Positions 10,137 through 17,257 of a stretch of DNA of 24,861 nt are shown in pieces. Source of the stretch: Bdellovibrionota bacterium (lineage in GTDB: Bacteria > Bdellovibrionota_C > UBA2361 > JBGSMV01); assembly GCA_044356455.1 (NCBI GenBank), contig JBIKWF010000061.1, forward strand, positions 1 through 24,861, given 5' to 3'. Positions within the stretch are counted from its first letter, which is position 1. Each line of letters starts with the position of its first letter. The position numbers and the translations under genes are program-made. Under the pieces are notes generated by a model. The model was given only the letters and a program-made list of their open reading frames with translations. It did no database searches and was not told where the DNA came from.

Positions 10137-11243
10137 CTACTTGAGCGAGAGTTTTTCAGGGAGCTGGGGCCTCTTGCCTTGTAGCCCGAATGCTAAAATG
10201 GAACTGGGCAGTAATGCCATGAGCGGCGCAAGCTGAAGTGGCTTCACCACTTCGCATACCCCAAGCAGCGAAAATGCCGTGTGTGCCCGAATGGTGCGTG
10301 CCTCCTGCAATTGGAGGCGGCTACTTATGAGCGCAAGGTAAGGGAGAAGCAGTGGTAAAAATGAATGGCTCCAGACATACGGGGCGGTAAGAAGCGAAAG
10401 CGGCAGGGATACAAAAAGGAGATGGCGAAGCGCATCTCCTTTTTCTCTCAGTGAGAGCCAAAGGGCTGCGCTAACGCCGCAAATGCTTACCAAGGGAAAA
10501 ATCCAGAGTTGCGGGATGACTAAATGCAGAGTTTGAGCCAAGGAAGATCCCGGGAGAGCGACTGAGGAACTTGCTAATGATTTTGCACCGTCAAGAAAGT
10601 TCGGCAGGGCTTGAGGGGCAAGGAGAAAGGAAGTCAGTGCCTGGGTAAAAAAACCAAGAATAAGCCCTAGGATCATTCCTATGCGTCCGCTCTTTAGCAG
10701 AAAGACAAGAAGGGCGCAGAAGAATGCGATAAAGAGCTGAGGCTTAATTAGAACAAGTGAGAGCGCTATGCCGCCAAGTAGGTCTTTTCTTTTGCCTGCG
10801 AAATGAGCAAAGAGCGTGATTCCGAGTAGGATGAGGATGTTTGTTTGTCCCAGCCAAAGCGTGCTCATAAGTGGGGGGAAGGTGGCGCAGGTGAAGGCTA
10901 ACGCTACCAGGGGAAGGGGACCTGGGCTTTCAACTCGCTCTGAAATCCATTTCTTGGTCAGTGCAAAGCAAGAAACTGAAATTAGCAGAGAGAATAATGC
11001 CCACATGATGACTGCCGCATGGAAGGAAAGCGTGCCCAGTGGAACAAATATCCACATGCTCCAAGGTGGATGCAGAAATCCGTGAAAGCCCTCCGATAGC
11101 GGCCAGCCGGCGCTGAGCATTTGTTCATAGACGAGGTTCTTATCGTAAGGATTTCCTCCCGTGACAGCCACCTTTCCCGCAGCCCAGAAATGATAGAAAT
11201 CGTAGGGAAATAGAATGTGTGGATCAGGAGTTGGCGGGGGCAT
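10137..11243 (-). CDS. Glycosyltransferase family 87 / DUF2029-like GT-C protein
   Basis: DFYHFWAAG..GGNPY, FLHPPW..F.PL, LWLGQ and IKPQL motifs. Start taken at ATG 11243; TTG 11273 is possible. Both starts overlap the upstream ATPase stop. Confidence 0.8.
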   Translation of the reverse strand: MPPPTPDPHILFPYDFYHFWAAGKVAVTGGNPYDKNLVYEQMLSAGWPLSEGFHGFLHPPWSMWIFVPLGTLSFHAAVIMWALFSLLISVSCFALTKKWISERVESPGPLPLVALAFTCATFPPLMSTLWLGQTNILILLGITLFAHFAGKRKDLLGGIALSLVLIKPQLFIAFFCALLVFLLKSGRIGMILGLILGFFTQALTSFLLAPQALPNFLDGAKSLASSSVALPGSSLAQTLHLVIPQLWIFPLVSICGVSAALWLSLREKGDALRHLLFVSLPLSLLTAPYVWSHSFLPLLLPYLALISSRLQLQEARTIRAHTAFSLLGVCEVVKPLQLAPLMALLPSSILAFGLQGKRPQLPEKLSLK

Positions 11244-12402
11244 ACGAAGCTTTAAAAAGAGTATCCAATCCAATTTGCCAAGGAAGTATTTCTATTCCCT
11301 GAGCGAGGCGGGCGCGAGGTTCGCGACATATGCAGAGCGCTCTCGCCTCTGGGAAGTCGCGCTTGAGTAGGGCAAGGTGCTCTAAATGTTGTGGCCGCAC
11401 ATCCTCAGTAGCCTTGACCTCAATAAAAGTGAGGGGGTGGTCAGGGTGCTCCGCAACGATATCGATTTCAAGACCGCCTTTTGTTCTGAGATACGAAAAC
11501 TTGAAGTGCGAGCGATAGTAACTATTAAGACGGAACAGCTCATTCATTATGAAATGCTCGAATGCAATACCAAACTCTTGCGAAGTGAGCTGTTTCTTCC
11601 ACAAGGTTCCATCTAGTGCATGCTTTACTCCGATATCGAAAAAGTAAAACTTTGGATTCTTAATCTGTTGTTTGCGAATCGAGCGTTCCAACGCAGGCAC
11701 GGTAAAGCCAAGTAGCGTGTCTTCTAAAATATCAAAATAAGATCGTGCTGTTTTGGGATCCACGCCTAAGTCGGATGCGATGTTGCTTACATTTACGACT
11801 GTCCCACTACATTGAGCGGCAAGTTCCAGAAACTTTCTAAAAGGAACTATATTTCTTACTAATTGCTCTACCAAAACCTCTTCGCGCAGATAGGTATCCA
11901 CATAACTCTCAAGAAAGAGTCGCCGCTCGTCGTGCGTAGTAAGAGAGATCACTTTTGGTAATGCGCCCCAATGGGTCACAACCTCCAGGTCAAAGTCTTT
12001 TCCAAGCTCTTGCGCAGTCAATGGAAAGAGGTGGTAGACAAAGGCCCTGCCCGCCAGAAGATTTGCGCCGCCGCGTCGGAGTTTGCGGGCGCTAGAGCCG
12101 GTTAAGGCGAACTTGATCTTGCGCCCCTCGATTTCTTTGTGCACGACATCGAGGAGGCGCGGCACTTTCTGAACCTCATCGATGACTACCCAGTCGGGTT
12201 TTGCCGAAAATTTTGCTAGTTCGTCACTAAGCCGGTCAGGATTCTCCGAGAATCGCCGCTCTTCTTGGGCCGACAGCAGGTCTATCCAAAATACGTTAAG
12301 CCCCTCTAACTGTTGTCGTAGTAGAGATGTTTTACCCGTGCCGCGCGCGCCGAAGAGAAAGAAGCTGTTTGATTTTAGTATGTTAATTGCCCTAGGGAAC
12401 AT
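11224..12402 (-). CDS. AAA+ ATPase, AAA_14 + DUF4143 (COG1373) family, with C-terminal PD-(D/E)xK-like motif
   Basis: Walker A GARGTGKT, Walker B IDEVQK, TGSS, LAGRA, KFYFFDIG and EIDIV..IEVK. Start at ATG 12402 (MFPR). Confidence 0.9.
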   Translation of the reverse strand: MFPRAINILKSNSFFLFGARGTGKTSLLRQQLEGLNVFWIDLLSAQEERRFSENPDRLSDELAKFSAKPDWVVIDEVQKVPRLLDVVHKEIEGRKIKFALTGSSARKLRRGGANLLAGRAFVYHLFPLTAQELGKDFDLEVVTHWGALPKVISLTTHDERRLFLESYVDTYLREEVLVEQLVRNIVPFRKFLELAAQCSGTVVNVSNIASDLGVDPKTARSYFDILEDTLLGFTVPALERSIRKQQIKNPKFYFFDIGVKHALDGTLWKKQLTSQEFGIAFEHFIMNELFRLNSYYRSHFKFSYLRTKGGLEIDIVAEHPDHPLTFIEVKATEDVRPQHLEHLALLKRDFPEARALCICREPRARLAQGIEILPWQIGLDTLFKASYAPANS

Positions 12403-12408
12403 GCTCCC

Positions 12409-12417
12409 ATTATAGCA
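12409..12417 (-). promoter_or_regulatory. Extended -10 promoter TGCTATAAT, 6 nt before the ATG (probable leaderless transcript)
   Basis: The minus strand reads TGCTATAAT-GGGAGC-ATG. Confidence 0.6.
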
Positions 12418-12436
12418 TCCAAAATAGGAGTCTTGT

Positions 12437-13618
12437 CTATCGGTGTTGTAAGTAAGGAAGAAGACCACCTTCTTCAATGCGGCCTACGACAGCACCCTTA
12501 GGAAGCGTTGCCGAAGCCTTTGGCGAAATGGTAACGAGCTCATAGCTTCGCACCCTTCTTAGATGCCGATTGTCATCACTCATGGCGCTCTTCGTGAGAA
12601 GGGCGGTTCCAAAAAAATCCTCCCCACAAAGCGCGATTTCAGTTCCTCGGTGCGTCTTTTCTGCGTCCGTTATAACGCGGTAGCCCTTGGGAGAGGTGCT
12701 GGCTTTCTTGAGTATGGAGGCTGAGTATTTTACGCGATGCTTGTTAAAGCCTAGTAGTTCATCCAGCTGGGTGACCAATTTGAAATCTTCGAAATCTTTG
12801 CCTGCTCCCTCAAGCGTTCCGTGGCACCAGTCTTCCTTTGAGGCTTTGAGCATGGGGCAGGGCGCTCGGTGAGTGCAAGGAAACACGGGAGAGAGTAAGG
12901 GAAAGGAGGCAAGGAGGCTGTCTCGCATCTTCATGAGCGCTCGGGTTGGGGCGGGTAGCGCAGGCTCTAGGAGCAAGAGCGTGCCCGTCTCGGAGAGGTT
13001 CTTAGCGAGCGCCTTTACCGTGGAATCGGCAGCTCCTGGCTCAAGCTCATTAAAGACATTGGCCGCAATGATGAGATCGTAAGATGAGTTGGTGTCGAGG
13101 GTGCTTGCTGCCTTAAGGGCGGCAAGGCGATTCACTTCTGGTTTAGAGAGCTTGGCTCCGTATGCCGAGACGAGTTTGAGGGCCAGATTCCGCATGGCGT
13201 CTTCTTTGTCTAGGACTGTTATGTCGAGCGGATATGCGAGGGTGGCGAGAGCGGCTAAGGCTCCGGTTCCGGGACCGCAGCCGAAATCGAGAATGGTAAG
13301 TGGTTTTGATGGTGCCCGGTCTGGAGTAAGCAGGCTTCTCCTTAATAGGAAGCACAATTTTGCAAAGTTTATGGGCAGAAAATACAAAGCGTAGGCTGCG
13401 GCGTGCAGTTCGCTTACCCGAGCAGCTCCTGATTGGGCAACGTAGCGTGAAGAGAGATCTTTAAGAGGTGAGGTATAGGGGGAAAGCTCGTCCTTACCTA
13501 TTGCGCCTGTTCGGTGCTGATCATTTGCTTTAGTTGAGAGTATCGAGGCGATGAGTACGTCCTCGAGCGCCTGGGCGGGGGTGGGGGAAGAGAAGCGTTC
13601 GGGGGCCGGTTTGTTCAT
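12437..13618 (-). CDS. Rsm22/METTL17-like class I SAM-dependent methyltransferase
   Basis: AYALYFLP, ILDFGCGPGT, DLIIAANVFNEL, LLLEPA and a Cys cluster PCTHRAPCPM..DWCH. Confidence 0.8.
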   Translation of the reverse strand: MNKPAPERFSSPTPAQALEDVLIASILSTKANDQHRTGAIGKDELSPYTSPLKDLSSRYVAQSGAARVSELHAAAYALYFLPINFAKLCFLLRRSLLTPDRAPSKPLTILDFGCGPGTGALAALATLAYPLDITVLDKEDAMRNLALKLVSAYGAKLSKPEVNRLAALKAASTLDTNSSYDLIIAANVFNELEPGAADSTVKALAKNLSETGTLLLLEPALPAPTRALMKMRDSLLASFPLLSPVFPCTHRAPCPMLKASKEDWCHGTLEGAGKDFEDFKLVTQLDELLGFNKHRVKYSASILKKASTSPKGYRVITDAEKTHRGTEIALCGEDFFGTALLTKSAMSDDNRHLRRVRSYELVTISPKASATLPKGAVVGRIEEGGLLPYLQHR

Positions 13619-13845
13619 GAGGGAGTTGTAGCCCGTGCATCGGTTACGCTGGAAGGGCTAGAGGGAGGTAAATATTAGGGATTCCCGCCAGGTGGTTGAA
13701 TTTTGGCGGGGGAATTGGGCTGGAGGCTAGGAGTTTTTTCCGTAGAAAAATTCTACCACTACATGTTGGGGTGGTAGCGGAACAGTCTCGTCACCTAGTT
13801 ATTTTAGCGGGTTGCGAGTGCGAAGAAGCGATTTCGGCGGGGCCG

Positions 13846-13880
13846 TTGTTGCGGCGCCCTGGGGACAGGGCGCCCTACCA
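13846..13880 (-). repeat. GTAG-type REP hairpin, copy 1
   Basis: Minus strand: TGGTAG-GGCGCCCTG-TCCC-CAGGGCGCC-GCAACAA, a perfect 9-bp stem preceded by GTAG. Confidence 0.8.
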
Positions 13881-13923
13881 GTGTAGTCGCTTGTTAACTA
13901 TCCTCGCTGTGGGGGTGGGTTTT

Positions 13924-13932
13924 TGTTATTCT
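13924..13932 (+). promoter_or_regulatory. Extended -10 element TGTTATTCT, 7 nt before the GTG start (possible leaderless transcript)
   Basis: TG-T-TATTCT-GAATCCT-GTG; no Shine-Dalgarno visible. Confidence 0.45.
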
Positions 13933-13939
13933 GAATCCT

Positions 13940-14479
13940 GTGGAAATCCTTCGGACCATAGCTTTTTACACCGAAAGTCACGCTATGCCGTTTTTGGTTA
14001 TTGGCGGGCACGCGATTAACGCGCTGGGGCTGTCGCGCCATACGGGGGATTTGGATTTGCTGGTACCACTTGGTGCCAAGGGGGAATGGCAGGCGCTCCT
14101 GGCACGGCTTAGGTACACGGAGCGTCAGTCAGATAATTTCTTCTCTCGTTTTGTTCCGAATGAGATTGCTGCATGGCCGATAGATTTGATGTACGTAGAT
14201 GAAGCGACTTTTAAAAAGCTCCAAGCAGGAGCTGTTCTTAAAGATTTTGGATTAGTCACTGTCCCCGTCGTGGCTGCAAAGCACCTCGCTATTCTTAAGC
14301 TGCATGCCATGAAGTATTTTCAGGAGCATCGGTTTGCCAAAGACTATGGAGATCTCCTTTTTCTTTTAAAACTTCCAGAGGGACGAATGACGCGGGAGGA
14401 ACTTGAGGCCAACTGCTTGAAGTACGCTTCTCCGGAGATCCTCTCACGGCTGCTTGCGGACTTGAAAGGTATTCTATGA
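13940..14479 (+). CDS. Nucleotidyltransferase (pol-beta superfamily; AbiEii/DUF6036/MenT-like), putative toxin
   Basis: FLVIGGHA..SRHTGDLDLLV (GG-x-A...R-x-T-x-D-x-D), IDL, LKLHA and KDYGDL motifs. Confidence 0.8.
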   Translation: MEILRTIAFYTESHAMPFLVIGGHAINALGLSRHTGDLDLLVPLGAKGEWQALLARLRYTERQSDNFFSRFVPNEIAAWPIDLMYVDEATFKKLQAGAVLKDFGLVTVPVVAAKHLAILKLHAMKYFQEHRFAKDYGDLLFLLKLPEGRMTREELEANCLKYASPEILSRLLADLKGIL

Positions 14480-14703
14480 CCAAGAAGCCCCTCGATTTAG
14501 ATTTAAACTTGCCAGATGCCCCTGACTTTATTTCAACGCCGCCCCGGTATTCAGTCGCAGAGATGATAAAGCTTTCTGAGCCGTTTCTTCCTTTTTGGAA
14601 TCGGCAGCGTGCGCAGCTTGTGGAGAAGTTAGCTCCTATTGAGGAGTTTCGGTTCATCGAAGATTCGGAGATTGTTTCCGAGCGATCGGCGAAAAAATAC
14701 TAG
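14476..14703 (+). CDS. Small acidic Pro-rich hypothetical protein, putative partner or antitoxin of the nucleotidyltransferase
   Basis: ATGA start/stop overlap with the upstream gene (translational coupling). 75 aa, beginning MTKKPLDLDLNLPDAPDF. Confidence 0.65.
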   Translation: MTKKPLDLDLNLPDAPDFISTPPRYSVAEMIKLSEPFLPFWNRQRAQLVEKLAPIEEFRFIEDSEIVSERSAKKY

Positions 14704-14725
14704 AGTTTTTGGAGGGGGCGAGCAT

Positions 14726-14763
14726 TTGTTGCGGCGCCTTGGGGGACACAGGGCGCCCTACCA
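14726..14763 (-). repeat. GTAG-type REP hairpin, copy 2 (direct repeat of copy 1)
   Basis: TTGTTGC-GGCGCCTTG-GGGGACA-CAGGGCGCC-CTACCA; same flanks as copy 1 with a longer loop and one stem mismatch. Confidence 0.8.
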
Positions 14764-14853
14764 TGAAGCTTGCACGTCTCGTTCGCTTATCTGCCGGGTA
14801 AGGCAATTGGGCGCTGGACTTGGGGTAGCGCCTGGAAGGCTGGAAGGGGTACC

Positions 14854-15933
14854 ATGGCTGCTATGTCTACCACTCCTACAGAGGGGGCTTCCCTCAAGAA
14901 AATCTTACCGCGAGAGCTCCTCGCTGAATTCGTTAAACAGCAAAAGGCGAGCGGCAAGACTGTTGGTTTTACCTCAGGCACCTTCGATCTTTTGCACGCC
15001 GGACATGCTCAATACTTAGAAGCGGCGCGGGCCCAGTGTGATGTGTTGGTGGTAGGTGTTAACTCTGATGCTTCTGTTAAGAGCTACAAGTCTCCCGGGC
15101 GCCCCTTTGTCCCGGAGCAGGAGCGTGCTCAGGTCGTTGCGGCTCTTGGGTGCGTGGACCGAGTTTTTATTTTCGATGAACTAAATAACAACAGGAATGT
15201 CGAAATTTTGAAGCCCTCCATCTATTTTAAGGCGGGGGATTACTCTAAGGATAAACTGACCTCTGCTCCTCTTGTTGAAAGTTACGGTGGAAAGGTAGTG
15301 CTTCTCCCCTTGAGAGAAGGGAATAGTTCTTCCTCAATCATCTCTCGGATTCAAAACGCGGGCTTCGACGCTAAGGCTGCGATGATAGACCTGCCCAAAG
15401 GTCCTCCCCGCCCCGCGCTGTTTTTGGATCGCGATGGTACTCTTATTGAGCATGTTGAATATCTGCATGAGCCGGAGAAGGTGAAACTTCTTCCAGGGGT
15501 TATCAAGGGGCTTCTTGCCTTTCAGGCTGCGGGTTATGCGCTTGTTGTGGTCACCAATCAGCCTGGGATTGGACTTGGGTATTTTTCGAAAGAGCAGTTT
15601 TTTGCCGCCAATCGCGAGCTTCTAAGGCAAGTGAGCAAAGAAGGGGTTAGGCTTGATAAGGTCTATTTCTGTCCGCATGCGTTGTCTGAGCAGTGCGAGT
15701 GTAGAAAACCTGGCACGGCTTTTGTGAAGCGCGCGATTGAAGAGCTTAACGTTGATGTCACTAGAAGCTATTTTGTGGGCGACATGAGTTCTGACATTGA
15801 GTGCGGGCACCGAGCTGGGTGTAAGACGATTCTCGTGGGAACGGGAAGGGGCGGCGCGGATGGGCTCTTTAAGGTTAAGGCAGACTACGAGTTTGCTGGT
15901 CTTGAAGAGGCGGTTCCTTTGATTCGAGGCTAA
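14854..15933 (+). CDS. gmhB: Fusion of D-glycero-beta-D-manno-heptose-1-phosphate adenylyltransferase (RfaE domain II/HldC-like) and heptose-1,7-bisphosphate phosphatase (GmhB-like HAD)
   Basis: N-terminal GTFDLLHAGH, VGVNSDASV and KAGDY. C-terminal FLDRDGTL, VTNQPG, CPH..CECRKP and VGDMSSD. Start taken at ATG 14854; 14863 is possible. Confidence 0.85.
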   Translation: MAAMSTTPTEGASLKKILPRELLAEFVKQQKASGKTVGFTSGTFDLLHAGHAQYLEAARAQCDVLVVGVNSDASVKSYKSPGRPFVPEQERAQVVAALGCVDRVFIFDELNNNRNVEILKPSIYFKAGDYSKDKLTSAPLVESYGGKVVLLPLREGNSSSSIISRIQNAGFDAKAAMIDLPKGPPRPALFLDRDGTLIEHVEYLHEPEKVKLLPGVIKGLLAFQAAGYALVVVTNQPGIGLGYFSKEQFFAANRELLRQVSKEGVRLDKVYFCPHALSEQCECRKPGTAFVKRAIEELNVDVTRSYFVGDMSSDIECGHRAGCKTILVGTGRGGADGLFKVKADYEFAGLEEAVPLIRG

Positions 15934-16009
15934 GGCCGTCCCCGAGAAACGTAGCTCTACGTTTGGACAGACTCCTAGGAGCGCCAAAACAAGGGGTTCA
16001 CAAGTGTTT

Positions 16010-16053
16010 ATACCCAACTGAAAAAAAGTCGTGACTTTTTTTCAGTTGGGTAT
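16010..16053. promoter_or_regulatory. Perfect 21-bp inverted repeat overlapping the predicted promoter of the AAA ATPase (candidate operator)
   Basis: ATACCCAACTGAAAAAAAGTC-GT-GACTTTTTTTCAGTTGGGTAT. Confidence 0.6.
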
Positions 16054-16059
16054 GAGAAT

Positions 16060-17235
16060 ATGGTCATGCCACGTTATCTTGATGAAACTATTGAATCTTT
16101 TGCTGCTCGCAAATTTGTACTCTTGGCGGGACCACGGCAGGTTGGGAAAACTACGGCCGCAAAGGAGTGGCTTGCTCGGCATAGCGGGACGTATCTCAAT
16201 TGGGATTCTGCGGAGGATCGATCAGCGATTCTCAAGAAGGACTTTCTTGCTAGTACGAGAGCTTCCGCTGTATTGCTCGACGAGATCCACAAATACCCTC
16301 GCTGGAAAAATTACCTGAAGGGACTGTTCGATAAGGACCGAGAGCGACTAAGAGTCGTCGTTACTGGAAGCGCGAGACTTGATCTCTACCGCCGGGGCGG
16401 AGATAGCATGTTGGGGCGCTACGAAATGTTCCGCCTGCATCCGTTCTCGCTCGGCGAGCTTGTTCACGGTAGGGCTTGTCCGCCTCCAAATGATTGGCTG
16501 AATATCGAGTCGAAGCACGAGTACTCTGAAGTATGGGAGAGACTTCGAAAGTTTGGTGGATTTCCTGAGCCGTACGCAACCCAAGACCCGCTTCAGTATC
16601 AGCGCTGGTCCTTGCGGCGCCGTGAGCTCCTGATTCGTGAAGATTTGAGGGATCTTTCAGGAATTAAACTGACTCAGCTTGTAGAGCATCTCTACCTATT
16701 GTTGCCTGAGCGAGTCGGTTCCCCATTGTCCGTCAACGGCTTAAGCGAAGAGTTGCAGGTCGCCTATAATACAACGGCATCTTGGATCTCTACACTTGAG
16801 AGGCTCTACATCTGTTATCGACTTTCCCCGTTCCATGGCCGAATTGCGAGGAGTCTGAAGAAGGAGCAAAAGTTATATCTATGGGACTGGTCGGCGGTGA
16901 CTGATCCCGGAGCTCAATTTGAAAACATGGTCGCAGGGCATCTTCTTAAATCGGTGCACTTGTGGACAGATCTAGGGTACGGCGAATTTGATCTTTGGTA
17001 TTGGAGAGACAAAGAAAAACGCGAGATTGATTTCATCATTACCAAGGCTCGAAAGCCCGTGGTGATGGTCGAGTGCAAACTCTCGGAGAGCTCTGTTCCC
17101 AAGCATTTTGGCGAAGTTGCCAAAGCCCTGGGAGGGGTGCCATCGATTCTTTTGACCGACTCCGCTGGTGTCGATTACCGAGTGGGGAACTCGCGCGTAG
17201 TGAGTGCTTGCCGCTATCTTGCAGCGTTCTCTTAG
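16060..17235 (+). CDS. AAA+ ATPase, AAA_14 + DUF4143 (COG1373) family, with C-terminal PD-(D/E)xK-like motif
   Basis: GPRQVGKTT, LDEIHK, VTGSA, DSMLGR, FGGFPE, KLYLWD and EIDFI..VECK. Start at 16060 or 16066. Confidence 0.9.
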   Translation: MVMPRYLDETIESFAARKFVLLAGPRQVGKTTAAKEWLARHSGTYLNWDSAEDRSAILKKDFLASTRASAVLLDEIHKYPRWKNYLKGLFDKDRERLRVVVTGSARLDLYRRGGDSMLGRYEMFRLHPFSLGELVHGRACPPPNDWLNIESKHEYSEVWERLRKFGGFPEPYATQDPLQYQRWSLRRRELLIREDLRDLSGIKLTQLVEHLYLLLPERVGSPLSVNGLSEELQVAYNTTASWISTLERLYICYRLSPFHGRIARSLKKEQKLYLWDWSAVTDPGAQFENMVAGHLLKSVHLWTDLGYGEFDLWYWRDKEKREIDFIITKARKPVVMVECKLSESSVPKHFGEVAKALGGVPSILLTDSAGVDYRVGNSRVVSACRYLAAFS

Positions 17236-17257
17236 CCTACATCGCTCCCATGGCCTT

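Noticed and set aside
12403..12477. 25-aa N-terminal extension of the ATPase given by the ORF track
   Set aside because: It overlaps the methyltransferase 3' end and contains a perfect extended -10 box; MFPR at 12402 fits the family start better.
13696..14019. 107-aa ORF, and the 14639-15019 ORF, sharing LLRR.G..RAPY
   Set aside because: The apparent peptide similarity comes from translating through the two REP copies; they are not genes.
13846..14763. CRISPR array from the ~35-bp repeats
   Set aside because: Only two direct copies, about 880 bp apart with genes between them, and no cas genes. GTAG plus hairpin fits a REP.
14770..14853. TTG-started extension of the adenylyltransferase-GmhB ORF
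   Set aside because: It begins right beside the REP and looks non-conserved; ATG 14854 or 14863 is more plausible.
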